Below are positions 28,355 to 38,448 of a DNA stretch of 64,000 nt, piece after piece; the stretch's first letter is position 1; the number at the start of each line of letters is the position of its first letter. Both the position numbers and the translations under genes were made by a program. Source of the stretch: Solimicrobium sp. (GTDB taxonomy: Bacteria; Pseudomonadota; Gammaproteobacteria; Burkholderiales; Burkholderiaceae_D); assembly GCA_021155915.1 (NCBI GenBank), contig JAJNBE010000029.1:4376-68375 (forward strand), given 5' to 3'. The notes beneath the pieces were generated by a model that did not search any database, had not been told where the DNA came from, and saw only the letters and a list, made by a program, of their open reading frames with translations.

Positions 28355-29716
28355 ATGTTCGACAACAAAATAAAAATCACAGCACTTGATATCGATGCGC
28401 GTGGCATCGGTCATCTGCAAAATGAAGACGGAACGGATGGGAAGGTCATTTTTGTTGATGGCGCATTACCAGGCGAAATAGTTAGTGTTCAGGTCTATCG
28501 AAAAAAAGCCAGTTGGGAAAACGCGCTTGTAACGAAGCTGCACAAGGAGTCCTCACAACGTGTCAAACCTGACTGTGTTTATTTTGGAATTTGTGGCGGT
28601 TGTTCTATGCAGCATTTGACTGCTGACGCACAAGTAGCGATAAAACAGCGCGTGTTGGAAGACAGCCTTTGGCATATCAGTAAAATCAAAGCAAAAACAG
28701 TATTGCGTCCAATTTATGGACCTACCTGGGGATACCGATATCGAGCAAGATTGTCCGTGCGGAATGTCATTAAAAAAGGGACAGTGTTAGTCGGTTTTCA
28801 TGAAAGAAAATCACGCTATGTTGCGAACATGGAAACCTGCAAAATATTGCCGCCTCATGTTTCCGCCATGCTGTTACCGCTGCGTCAATTAATTGCGCGA
28901 CTTTCCATCATCAATGATTTACCTCAAATTGAATTAGCGGTTGGAGAAGATGTTACTGCGATGGTGTTACGGATCATGAAGCCAATGAGTAACGCCGATG
29001 AGGTACTGTTAAAAGAATTTGCAGACCAACATAATGTGCAATGGTGGGTGCAGACACAGGGTCTGGAGTCCGTGGAACTGTACTACCCTAAAATGTCTCA
29101 GTTACCTGCTCAGTCAAAGTCTCGATTACATTATCTGTTGCCCGAATTTGGTATTAAAATGCCATTCAAACCAACTGACTTCACACAAGTAAATCATCAC
29201 ATTAATCGCGTCATGGTTGTTCGAGCATTGCGCTTGTTAGATGCGCAACCACATGAGCGCGTCGCTGATTTGTTTTGCGGCTTAGGTAATTTCACGTTAC
29301 CCCTGGCGACACAATGTAAAGAAGTTGTCGGTATCGAAGGAAGTGCAAGTCTAATCGATCGGGCCATAGAGAACGCTGTTGCAAATGGGTTGTCAGATAA
29401 GACTAGTTTTAGAACACGCAATCTATTTGAAATTACCGCAAATGATTTATTGGATTTGGGAAAATTTGATCGCTATTTAATTGATCCACCGCGCGACGGT
29501 GCAGCTGCGTTGTGTGAGGCCCTGGCGAAAGTTGCACTTTTACAGGCGGCCTTCTTGCCGGGACGAATCGTCTATGTGTCGTGCAGCCCAGGCACATTAG
29601 CCCGCGATGCTGGTTTGCTGGCTCAAGCGGGATATATCATGAGCTGTGCAGGAGTCGTGAATATGTTTCCGCATACATCTCACGTGGAGTCCATGGCTGT
29701 TTTTGATTTAGAATAA
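28355..29716 (+). CDS. rlmD: 23S rRNA (uracil-1939-C5)-methyltransferase
   Basis: TRAM domain, CxxxxxCGGC Fe-S motif, DLFCGLGNF, DPPRDG, YVSC, MFPHTSHVES. The ATG at 28355 was preferred to the TTG at 28340. Confidence 0.95.
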   Translation: MFDNKIKITALDIDARGIGHLQNEDGTDGKVIFVDGALPGEIVSVQVYRKKASWENALVTKLHKESSQRVKPDCVYFGICGGCSMQHLTADAQVAIKQRVLEDSLWHISKIKAKTVLRPIYGPTWGYRYRARLSVRNVIKKGTVLVGFHERKSRYVANMETCKILPPHVSAMLLPLRQLIARLSIINDLPQIELAVGEDVTAMVLRIMKPMSNADEVLLKEFADQHNVQWWVQTQGLESVELYYPKMSQLPAQSKSRLHYLLPEFGIKMPFKPTDFTQVNHHINRVMVVRALRLLDAQPHERVADLFCGLGNFTLPLATQCKEVVGIEGSASLIDRAIENAVANGLSDKTSFRTRNLFEITANDLLDLGKFDRYLIDPPRDGAAALCEALAKVALLQAAFLPGRIVYVSCSPGTLARDAGLLAQAGYIMSCAGVVNMFPHTSHVESMAVFDLE

Positions 29717-29719
29717 AGA

Positions 29720-29840
29720 TAACCGTATGGAGCGAGCCAAATCGGCTTTGACCTGCGCTACCATTCCCATGTACTTGGGTAATTTCCCGTTGCCGCGCGC
29801 CTTGACTTTGACTCGCTCGCTACGGTTATACAGGGGTCTC
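29720..29840 (+). mobile_element. MITE-like family A copy, degenerate
   Basis: gcgagccaaat...catgtacttgggta...ccttgactttgactcgctcgctacggttatacaggggtctc. Confidence 0.7.
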
Positions 29841-29867
29841 AACAATAAGTTTCGTAAGAGAGCTGAT

Positions 29868-29897
29868 AAAAAATGCCGACATCAAGTCGGCATTTTT
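29868..29897. terminator. Bidirectional intrinsic terminator between convergent rlmD and YccA genes
   Basis: aaaaaatgccgac-atcaa-gtcggcattttt hairpin with A and T tracts. Confidence 0.8.
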
Positions 29898-29931
29898 ACT
29901 TTGAAAACTTGCAACACAGCAAAGCTTTTGC

Positions 29932-30624
29932 TTAATCTTTATTGCCACTAGTTAAACCAAGCAGCGAAAGTAAGTTAACGAAAATATTATACACATCTAA
30001 ATAAATACGCAGAGTAGCTGATATGTAATTCGTTTCGCCACCGTTAATTATTTGCTGTACATCGTAGAGGATATAAGCTGAAAAAATACCTATGGCTACT
30101 GCAGAAATGGTTAAATGTAGAGCGGGTACTTGGAAAAAAATATTTGCGACGCTGGCAACAACAATAACAAGCAATCCAACAAATAACCATTTACCCAAGC
30201 CAGAAAAATCCCGCTTAGACGTGGTAGCAATACTAGCCATCACCACCAAAATCGACGCAGTGCCTCCAAAAGCCGTCATAATTAACGAAGCACCATTGCT
30301 ATAGCCCAACGTGTGACTAATTAGCCGAGAAAGCATCAGCCCCATAAAGAAAGTAAACCCCAGTAATAGGGCTACACCGAGACCGGATTCTTTGGTTTTT
30401 TCAATGGCAAACATAAATCCGAAAGCGATCGCCATAAAAACTATCAAAGAAATATAAGGACGTTCTGGAAATAACGAAAAGTTCATTGCAACGCCAGCCC
30501 ATGCACCAAAAATAGTTGGAACCATGGATAAAGCAAGTAGCCAGTAGGTATTGCGGAGAACGCGGTGGCGTACCATTGAGCTATCATTTCCAAATACAAT
30601 TGACTGTTCAAAATTTTGACTCAT
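29932..30624 (-). CDS. Bax inhibitor-1/YccA family membrane protein
   Basis: VLRNTYWLLALS, seven TM segments, YILYD, ATLRIYLDVYNIF; start taken at MSQN. Confidence 0.92.
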   Translation of the reverse strand: MSQNFEQSIVFGNDSSMVRHRVLRNTYWLLALSMVPTIFGAWAGVAMNFSLFPERPYISLIVFMAIAFGFMFAIEKTKESGLGVALLLGFTFFMGLMLSRLISHTLGYSNGASLIMTAFGGTASILVVMASIATTSKRDFSGLGKWLFVGLLVIVVASVANIFFQVPALHLTISAVAIGIFSAYILYDVQQIINGGETNYISATLRIYLDVYNIFVNLLSLLGLTSGNKD

Positions 30625-30744
30625 TCTTTTCCCTTGAGTTACGTACAAGTTACCTTTAACAATTTACAATAATAACATGGCTCCTATCAAAATACAGTGG
30701 TAATAAGCTTCATTTAACCAGGGAATATTTTAATTGCAATGTAA

Positions 30745-31089
30745 TTATTCAGGAGGCGGTAACGTCATTGGATCATGTAGACGAATAATGTGTTGAATGT
30801 CATTTTCATCGCTTATATTGACACTACATAACTCTAAGGCATCTTCTTCGATATACACCTTTTTGGGATGATGAATCATATGGGTCAGACCTTCTAGTCC
30901 AATTTCAATAGTGTCACTTTTAGGTTCATAGACGATTCCAAAAATAGGTAGAGATTCGGCGGCCAGTTGGTCTCCTATATTCAGGCTAATTACTTCAATC
31001 TTAGCTCGTTTTTTTTCTAAATTTCCTTTTTTCGAGATGCTATCAAAAAAAGAGTGCCACTCCTCTTGTTTAATTTCTCGTGTCGGCAT
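30745..31089 (-). CDS. Conserved hypothetical protein, DUF5335-like
   Basis: MPTREIKQEEWHSFFDSIS...GIVYEPKSDTIEI pattern, recognised from memory. Confidence 0.65.
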   Translation of the reverse strand: MPTREIKQEEWHSFFDSISKKGNLEKKRAKIEVISLNIGDQLAAESLPIFGIVYEPKSDTIEIGLEGLTHMIHHPKKVYIEEDALELCSVNISDENDIQHIIRLHDPMTLPPPE

Positions 31090-31274
31090 AATTCTGACTC
31101 CAAAAATACTTGTACGCTTAAGTTTAGTTAGTCATGGCTAAATCCTATTGATATAAATCAGAAATTTACTAATGGACTGTAGGACGTAAGGCGATAGGGT
31201 ATAAACTAAGTATTATTTAGATATAAGAAAACCTTGGTTGGCCATGAGTTGGATGCTAACGGGTATTAAAGCTA

Positions 31275-31415
31275 GAGACCTCTGCACAATCTACTGCGCG
31301 AGCCAAATACAGCGTTGCGCGGTGCTCGCAATCCTCATGTACTCAAGTACATTCCGGTTGCTGCGCTCCGTGCGCCTTGTCTTTGGCTCGCTCGCTACGG
31401 TCGTGCAGAGGTCTC
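31275..31415 (+). mobile_element. MITE-like family A copy (near-consensus) with AGCTA target duplication
   Basis: Terminal inverted repeats gagacctctgcac / gtgcagaggtctc; agcta at 31270-31274 and 31416-31420. Confidence 0.9.
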
Positions 31416-31506
31416 AGCTATGGATTCAGCAGCAAGTGCTTCTCAGACTTTAGAGAAGCCAACTTGGCTCCGTTCTAATGGAAATTCTGGGTTAAAGGAG
31501 GGTACT

Positions 31507-31731
31507 ATGGTTCGGAAGAAAAATATGAGTTCCACATTACCGGCGAAATCGCTATGGGCGCAGGAGAGGTGTCAGGCGAACAAACATGATGAGTGGCTAC
31601 TTGATGAAGCACTTACTGAAACTTTTCCTGCTAGCGATTCGATTGCTGTAACGCCGAGTCATCTATTAGAAATCAGCTCTGAGCGAGATATCTCTTTGAG
31701 ACTATCAAAATCTAAATCTGAACCAGATTGA
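31507..31731 (+). CDS. Small conserved hypothetical protein (74 aa) with a DEALxETFPASD motif
   Basis: RBS aaggagg upstream of ATG 31507 and a recognisable motif. The longer ORF from 31315 starts inside the MITE. Confidence 0.65.
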   Translation: MVRKKNMSSTLPAKSLWAQERCQANKHDEWLLDEALTETFPASDSIAVTPSHLLEISSERDISLRLSKSKSEPD

Positions 31732-31825
31732 AGAAATAAGAATTTCGATTTTAATTTCCGTCAGTATGATTTGCTCCAACGTAAAATTATTTCTTTCTGG
31801 ATCGTATCATCATAAAGAAAATTGG

Positions 31826-32158
31826 CTAGGTGCTATGTAAGAGAATGGTGACGAGAATAGAAGAATCTTCGATTGCTTTAAGCGCATGGGGTACGCCGCC
31901 AGCTAAGCATATTAAATCACCGCCATACATTAATTGGGTAATTCCTTCAGCTGTAATTCGCACACATCCCTCAATACATTGAATAGTTACTTCACCCCGA
32001 ACCTGATGTTCTGGCATTACCTTATCTGCCAAAAGAACCATGCGAAATACCTCGAGATGATCCGATTTGAAAAGTGCTTTCGTGATTTCTTGACGAAGAT
32101 TGCTTTTAAGAGGACGGACATCAATCAGTTCCCCCGATAATGCATGATGGATAGCCAT
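31826..32158 (-). CDS. Cupin-domain protein
   Basis: MPEHQVRGEVTIQCIEG...GVPHALKA cupin motifs. Confidence 0.85.
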   Translation of the reverse strand: MAIHHALSGELIDVRPLKSNLRQEITKALFKSDHLEVFRMVLLADKVMPEHQVRGEVTIQCIEGCVRITAEGITQLMYGGDLICLAGGVPHALKAIEDSSILVTILLHST

Positions 32159-32173
32159 AATTTCTCCAAAGGT

Positions 32174-32201
32174 AAAAAAAAGGGCATCAAAATGATGCCC
32201 T
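32174..32201 (-). terminator. Intrinsic terminator downstream of the PPIase gene
   Basis: agggcatca-aaa-tgatgccct hairpin with a U-tract on the minus strand. Confidence 0.75.
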
Positions 32202-32220
32202 CCCTTATTTCCGACTTTTG

Positions 32221-33033
32221 TTATTTAATCGTTGCGTTCTTACGTAATTCTTCTTGGTATGCCAACAATTTTCTTTGTTCTAAACCTTCAATAATCTGCT
32301 TTCTTACTGCATCTATTTGAGGAATGGTCACTGGTCGAATATCGTCAACTTGAACGACATGGTAACCAAATTGAGTCTTAACTGGTGTTTCAGTCAATTG
32401 ACCTTTTTCCAAATTAACCATTGCATCCGAAAAGGGTTTAACAAATGCGGCAGGTGTAGCCCAATCTAAATCGCCACCGTTATTGGCAGAACCGGTATCC
32501 TTGGACTCTGCTTTGGCCAGATCTCCAAAATTTGAGCCAGCTTTTAATTTTGCAATAATCGACTTAGCTTCCTCCTCGGTACCTACTAAAATATGGCGAA
32601 CGTGATATTCCTTATCACCTGCTTGTGCAACGATTCTGTCGTACTCGGCTTTAATTTCCGCTTCTGAAATTGGATTCTTCTTAACGAATTCAGTAATCAA
32701 AGCACGGATTAAAATTGACTGGCGCGCCATCTCTAATTGGGTTTTCACATCCACACTTTTTGCTAAACCTAGTTTGTTAGCAGCCTGCAGAAAAATTTCC
32801 CTGTTAATTAGTTCATCTTTAATCTTTTCACGTAATTCAGGGGAATCTTTTGGCGCATTAGGTTGCGAGGTAACTTGTTTTACCATGTCGTTGAGACGGG
32901 AGGCGGGAATGGCTGTACCATTTACTACAGCTACTACGTTTTCTGCAGCGACGGGTACCATAGAAAAAACGGTAGCTGAAACTAACAATGTGAGCAACAA
33001 ATTGGGTAACAAGCGAGCAGGTTTTAAAGTCAT
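32221..33033 (-). CDS. Periplasmic parvulin (PpiC-type) peptidyl-prolyl isomerase
   Basis: Signal peptide; YHVRHILV, GGDLDW, KTQFGYHV. Confidence 0.93.
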   Translation of the reverse strand: MTLKPARLLPNLLLTLLVSATVFSMVPVAAENVVAVVNGTAIPASRLNDMVKQVTSQPNAPKDSPELREKIKDELINREIFLQAANKLGLAKSVDVKTQLEMARQSILIRALITEFVKKNPISEAEIKAEYDRIVAQAGDKEYHVRHILVGTEEEAKSIIAKLKAGSNFGDLAKAESKDTGSANNGGDLDWATPAAFVKPFSDAMVNLEKGQLTETPVKTQFGYHVVQVDDIRPVTIPQIDAVRKQIIEGLEQRKLLAYQEELRKNATIK

Positions 33034-33104
33034 GTTGAAATCCTAAAATAAGTTTAAAAAGGTAAATAAAAAAGTATTAACAACAAGGAACGAGTAAAAA
33101 GTAG

Positions 33105-33410
33105 TTAAGTTTTGTTCACTTCAGCAGGCGCTAAAGCAGTGATGGCTAAAGCATGGATTTCTGTATGCATTAAATCACCCAAAGCATCATACACCAGTCG
33201 ATGACGTTCGATAAGTCTCAAACCAGTAAATTTTTCCGATACCAGTTTTAACCGATAATGCCCACCACCCGAAGCAGCGCCGGCGTGTCCTGCATGTAGC
33301 GCAGATTCGTCTTCCAATTGACAAGAAAGAGGGTTAAAACTGGCCAGGCGTTGTCGAATTTCCCCTATTCTTTTCGTCGATAAGGTCCTGGTTATTGGCG
33401 TATTATTCAT
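33105..33410 (-). CDS. bolA: BolA family protein
   Basis: [10 protein letters not shown]...HYRL..VSEKF...RHRLVY..L...IHAL; start taken at MNNTP. Confidence 0.9.
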   Translation of the reverse strand: MNNTPITRTLSTKRIGEIRQRLASFNPLSCQLEDESALHAGHAGAASGGGHYRLKLVSEKFTGLRLIERHRLVYDALGDLMHTEIHALAITALAPAEVNKT

Positions 33411-34044
33411 GACACCTTTTCGTGACTCTATTGAATTTTGAAAGATAACAGATTTGTAGCGACAAAAATACAAACATAAGTATCATACTGCCAAATAACT
33501 TGAAATTAACCCAAGCATCGGTTGAAAAGTTGAATGCAACGAGTAAATTTAAACATCCCATTCCGAAGAAAAAAGCTATCCAGGCATAATTTAACTTTTT
33601 CCAAATAAGCTCCGGAATATCTAAATCTTCTTCCAATTTCTTCAAAAATGAACGAGTTAAATTTTTATGAAGAACAAAATGGCTGAAGATTAAGGCGACT
33701 GCATAACTCCAGTAAAGTACGGTAGGTTTCCATTTGATGAATGTTTCATTATGAAAATAAATGGTTAAGCCGCCAAACACACTGATAATCAATAAAGACA
33801 TCCACAACATGCCGTCAATTTTTTTCCGCCGTAAAAGTAAGTAGCCAATTTGGGCGAGTGTAGCAGCGATGGCGACAACAGTCGCCAGAATGATCGGTGA
33901 TTGCTCCAGGCTTGCAGAACCCCCAGAGATTACCGAGCCAAGATAAGTTTGCAAAAAGTATTGCGCTGCCGCGGCGTGACCTTCACCCCATTTAAACATC
34001 ACAAAGAACAGAATTACCGGAAAAAGATCAAAGAGGATTTTCAT
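33403..34044 (-). CDS. yciB: Inner-membrane septation protein A (YciB/IspZ)
   Basis: [29 protein letters not shown]. Confidence 0.95.
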   Translation of the reverse strand: MKILFDLFPVILFFVMFKWGEGHAAAAQYFLQTYLGSVISGGSASLEQSPIILATVVAIAATLAQIGYLLLRRKKIDGMLWMSLLIISVFGGLTIYFHNETFIKWKPTVLYWSYAVALIFSHFVLHKNLTRSFLKKLEEDLDIPELIWKKLNYAWIAFFFGMGCLNLLVAFNFSTDAWVNFKLFGSMILMFVFLSLQICYLSKFNRVTKRCHE

Positions 34045-34050
34045 GAGAGA

Positions 34051-34449
34051 CTAATAAGGTAAAGGATCAAAGCGTAAGGACGCGGAATTAATACAGTAGC
34101 GCAAACCAGTTGGAGGTGGGCCATCAGGAAAGACATGCCCCAAATGCGCGTCGCAGATATTACACACAATTTCCGTTCGTGTCATGCCATGGGATTTATC
34201 GACTATTTCTCTTACATTTTCCGAATCAATTGCAGTAAAGTAACTTGGCCAGCCACAGCCCGAATCAAACTTGGCGTCGCTTGAAAATAACGGCGTCTTG
34301 CAGCACACGCAGGTGTAAATTCCTGACTGATGGTGATTCCAAAATTGTCCGGTGAAAGCCCGCTCGGTATATGCCTGGCGAGTCACTTGGAATTCAATTG
34401 GGCTTAATTCGTTACGCCATTCTCCTTCAGATTTGAGGATTTTTTTCAT
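34051..34449 (-). CDS. msrB: Peptide-methionine (R)-S-oxide reductase
   Basis: [29 protein letters not shown]. Confidence 0.97.
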   Translation of the reverse strand: MKKILKSEGEWRNELSPIEFQVTRQAYTERAFTGQFWNHHQSGIYTCVCCKTPLFSSDAKFDSGCGWPSYFTAIDSENVREIVDKSHGMTRTEIVCNICDAHLGHVFPDGPPPTGLRYCINSASLRFDPLPY

Positions 34450-34555
34450 GGCGGCTCCCCTAAGAAATCAGTAAATAAAATTCGATTGTTACTTCTGGTG
34501 ATATTCCTTAGGGAAAATAGTAAGAATTACGTTTATGCAATCTCAGAGGTCTCTC

Positions 34556-36022
34556 TCATGAAGAACAGCTAACTGAAATGGCCTTTCCCCAATCCGGCGG
34601 CAAGTTGGCGTATGCTTCATTTTCTGGCTGCTCATCGAATGGATGCGATAATATTTGTCGTAATTTTTCAATTTCAGAAAAATCGTGACGCTGGGCCGCT
34701 TCAATCGCATTTTGTGCTAAATAATTTCGTAAAATAAATTTTGGATTACAGCGACGCATCGCCGGTTGTCGAACGTCGTCTTTACTGGATTCAACGGGTT
34801 CTTTTAATAACCGCTGACGATATTGCGATAACCATTGGTCGAGCGAATCACGGTCGACACATAAATCACGCAAATAATTATCTTTGCTTGTGTCATTTAG
34901 CCGGATGTCACATAGACGGCGAAAAAAAATCGTGAAATCAAGTTGATTGATTTCCATCATTTCCAACATCGATTTAATTAACTCGTTATCGCCAGCCATA
35001 TAGCAGGTCAAACCGATCTTGGTTTGCCACAGGGAGGTTAGCTTAGACTCATATTCAGAATCAAAATGAGACAAGGCGGATTTGGTTTCCTCTACTGAAC
35101 CTATTAAAGGCAGCATAGCCTGCCCTAGCGCGTAACAATTCCACTGTCCAATTTTCGGTTGCATGGCATACGAATAGCGACCGTAATAGTCGCTATGGTT
35201 GCAAATGTGCTGTGGATTAAATGCCTCCATAAAACCAAATGGGCCGTAATCCAGAGTCAAGCCAAGAATAGACATATTGTCGGTATTCATCACACCATGC
35301 ATGAATCCGGTAGTTTGCCATTGTGCGATTAAATGTGCCGTACGTCTAGTGACTTCCTTAAGCAGAGCTGTATAAGGCTGTTTTGAATTAATAAATTCCG
35401 GATAGTAGCGATGAATAACGAAGTCGGCGAGTTGAAAGAGTGATTCGATATCGTTATTATAAAACCAGTGTTCAAATGACCCAAATCGAATAAAACTCGG
35501 TGCCAGACGAGTAACAACGGCCGCTGTCTCGGCTTGTTCACGTAGCACCACTGAGTCCGAGCCCGTAATGCACAGCACGCGCGTAGTGGGAACTCCTAAG
35601 CCCAACATAGCCTCAGAACATAAAAATTCGCGTATCGAAGAGCGAAGCACGGCACGGCCATCTCCCATGCGTGAAAAAGGCGTTAAACCGGCTCCTTTTA
35701 GTTGCACTTCATGGCCTGCTAATTCACCTAATGATATCGCCCGACCATCACCTAGTTGTCCGGCCCATGCCCCAAATTGATGACCCGAATAAACGGTCGC
35801 GCGGGGCTTACATTGAAGCGGTAACTGATTCCCAGTAAAAATTTCGACAAACTCAGCGCTGGTCGCTTGTTTAGGCGAAATTCCACAGATAGCTAAGCTA
35901 GAGGGGCTCGTCGCCATTAAATATGGTGCTGGCAAGGGAGTAGGAGCTTGAGGGACGGAAAATTTATCCCCCAACACAGCATAGGGGTCAGCCAAAGAAA
36001 GTTCCTGGATAAGGCTAGACAT
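34556..36022 (-). CDS. selO: Protein adenylyltransferase SelO (YdiU)
   Basis: YSGHQFG, QLGDGRA, LKGAG.TPFSRMGDGRAVLRS, GVMNTDN, C-terminal SCSS. Confidence 0.96.
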   Translation of the reverse strand: MSSLIQELSLADPYAVLGDKFSVPQAPTPLPAPYLMATSPSSLAICGISPKQATSAEFVEIFTGNQLPLQCKPRATVYSGHQFGAWAGQLGDGRAISLGELAGHEVQLKGAGLTPFSRMGDGRAVLRSSIREFLCSEAMLGLGVPTTRVLCITGSDSVVLREQAETAAVVTRLAPSFIRFGSFEHWFYNNDIESLFQLADFVIHRYYPEFINSKQPYTALLKEVTRRTAHLIAQWQTTGFMHGVMNTDNMSILGLTLDYGPFGFMEAFNPQHICNHSDYYGRYSYAMQPKIGQWNCYALGQAMLPLIGSVEETKSALSHFDSEYESKLTSLWQTKIGLTCYMAGDNELIKSMLEMMEINQLDFTIFFRRLCDIRLNDTSKDNYLRDLCVDRDSLDQWLSQYRQRLLKEPVESSKDDVRQPAMRRCNPKFILRNYLAQNAIEAAQRHDFSEIEKLRQILSHPFDEQPENEAYANLPPDWGKAISVSCSS

Positions 36023-36517
36023 ACGGAGAATATCGATCCAAAAATTAGGTAGTATGTAACTAAAAACCCAGTAAATATTCGCAGCGAAGATAACATAATA
36101 CTGTTCAGTTTATCAGGATAATCACTGTAAGAATTGTATCAGCAAGAATTTTTCGCTTTGCCCCATTCGAGCAGAGCGCAAACAAGGCTAAGCGATTGTC
36201 GCGGACCTGCATATAGATCCCCCAGGGATATTACTACTGCTATGTACTGGAGCTACTTGTCCAGTCAAGTGTATACAAAAAAGCATAAAGAAAACAACCC
36301 CCACCTACGGCAGCCGCATTTAACTGCAGTAGCGTGATCGGCACTGGGAGTAGATTTCGTCGTGATACAGAATACGGACCAGAGTGTGCGTTGTTATAAA
36401 AAAATGCGAAACCACTTCCAGCCGCAATGTCAAACGCCTTGTCCCAGGCGTTTGGCCGGATTTGGTAAGTGGCTCAGGCAATGAGGAAATACATAACCAC
36501 TTTGCGTATATTGCACC

Positions 36518-36727
36518 TTATGGTTTTGACAGCTTATAAATAATGTAAAGCGAATATAGAGCGGCGAAGCCCACCAGAGAATAGATGATCCTTGAAACGG
36601 AGGCCATATGTCCGAATATGCCTGCAACAATATCGAAATTAAACGCTCCTACTAATCCCCAGTTAATACCACCTACAATAAGCAAGATTAAAGCGATGTA
36701 ATCAAAAGCATTTAGTCTGATTTGCAT
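36518..36727 (-). CDS. DUF378-family small membrane protein
   Basis: IALILLIVGGINWGLVG...YSLVGFAALY. Confidence 0.85.
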   Translation of the reverse strand: MQIRLNAFDYIALILLIVGGINWGLVGAFNFDIVAGIFGHMASVSRIIYSLVGFAALYSLYIIYKLSKP

Positions 36728-37289
36728 GATGTCGGTCCCTTCTTTAGTTGTAGTAAGTTATGCTTCGTATTCAATCTACCATGCAAAAATGTGGCGTTTT
36801 TGATTTATGTCAACATTGTGGCAATAGTTGAAGTTAATAACCTTGTGCTATTGGATACAGCAGAGGTTTCGGCGGATTAGGCACCGCAGATGAACCTCAA
36901 GAAATTTTATGACTTTCAAATACATTCCTCGTACGGATGCGATAGGCTTATGCAGGCATGGGTTCGGAGACAAACGTTGACTGGGCGAAAATCTATCTAA
37001 TTAGCAATGTTCGAAATATAGTATGGCGAGGGTTAACCCTGATAGGAAATTACATCATCTGTCGCTTACACTTTTCACAATGCTATTGCTCAATAAAATT
37101 GTAAACTTGATAAAATATATTGAGTTCTAATTGAAATGGCATGTGCGATTAGCTTAGGACAGACCTGGCCGTCTTCTTAGGAATTGATAATTTGAGTTGA
37201 AAGACCGTCATTATTTCGTCAAGACAATACGAAGTCAGATTGACAGATTGTGCTATTCCCAATACATACGATAAACAAGGAAACAGAAA

Positions 37290-38405
37290 ATGGATGTATT
37301 AAGTTCTAAGAATTCTTTGTATCTTAAACCTGTATCTCGCAAACGTTTAGCTGCTTATAAAGCAACTCTAGGTAGTGATTATAAATCAGTAGTTAAAAAA
37401 TGGGTCAACAGGGTGGATGGCGAAAATAGAGGCCAGATTGCCGATCTTCTTCTGAACGCTGATCAGAATAGAGATAAAGAATTTCATATTCGACATGCCA
37501 CTATCACTGAACTTCCGCCGCTGCCTGGGAATGTCAGTACATTAATCGTAGAAGATTGTAATGAATTAGTAATATTCTCATTGGGCGAATCCTCTTTAAC
37601 AAAGTTGACAATAATAAATTGCCAGCGTTTTACGACAATAACAGGCAACTTTCCGTACGGTCTGAAAGTAGTTTGCCATAACCCAACCTTTTTTATATCG
37701 GATAGGGCATATGGGACTGGTGATGAGGCTCTATATAGTTCGCAGGATCAAGAGCAGTCAGTTGGGGGTTTAGCCCGTCATTCAACTATTTCCGCCGTTC
37801 CTGGTTTCTGCGAAAATAGACCCGTTGAGTCTATTCAACAGAATTCCGAATTGATAAAAAAATTCCTTAAAAGTAAGGTATTAGTGGAATTTTGTTCGCT
37901 TAGCACCAAGTACCCCAACGAGTTCTTCAATGCAGAATTGAAACTGGCTGCAATGCAGGATTATTTCCTTAAAATGTGGGAGAGCAGTGAATATCCATTT
38001 TCGTTAGCGAGAGAGCAGCTTAATTTGATCGAGCACATGTATTTAAATCCTGATCTATTGGAATTCTGTTTAGTTTTCACGCCTACACTGCCTTCTGACG
38101 ATTACGAGACTGTGTTCGCCAATTACAGAAAGTCGGAAGAGGAGATTTTGTTTATCAAGCGGAACAAACCTGAGATATCAGAGCTGTCAACAGTAAAAGA
38201 TAAATTTCTCAACCATAGTCTTCTCTCATGGGTCAATGATGTATCTGCTAATTCAAACGAACGCCGAGAAAGAGAAAAGGTTAGGTATCAAATCAGAAGC
38301 GTAAATGACATGGAATTACATCAGTTCACATTGAGTAATTCTATTATTACTGAACTCCCCCCCTTATCTCGTCACGAGCGAACCACCAGTTGCCAGAAGA
38401 CATAA
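37290..38405 (+). CDS. IpaH/SspH/SlrP-like LRR-cap protein (371 aa); possibly the 5' part of a split gene
   Basis: Two copies of the W.....E.R...(L).....ITELPPL motif (KWVNRVDGENR...ITELPPLP and SWVNDV...ERRERE...ITELPPL). The ORF ends shortly after the second copy. Confidence 0.65.
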   Translation: MDVLSSKNSLYLKPVSRKRLAAYKATLGSDYKSVVKKWVNRVDGENRGQIADLLLNADQNRDKEFHIRHATITELPPLPGNVSTLIVEDCNELVIFSLGESSLTKLTIINCQRFTTITGNFPYGLKVVCHNPTFFISDRAYGTGDEALYSSQDQEQSVGGLARHSTISAVPGFCENRPVESIQQNSELIKKFLKSKVLVEFCSLSTKYPNEFFNAELKLAAMQDYFLKMWESSEYPFSLAREQLNLIEHMYLNPDLLEFCLVFTPTLPSDDYETVFANYRKSEEEILFIKRNKPEISELSTVKDKFLNHSLLSWVNDVSANSNERREREKVRYQIRSVNDMELHQFTLSNSIITELPPLSRHERTTSCQKT

Positions 38406-38448
38406 TAAGATCCGCTACCCAACTCTCGCACAAAATCAACACAAAAAA

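Noticed and set aside
36130-36470. Possible membrane-protein remnant on the minus strand upstream of selO
   Set aside because: A hydrophobic stretch is present but interrupted by stops, and I could not assign it to a family.
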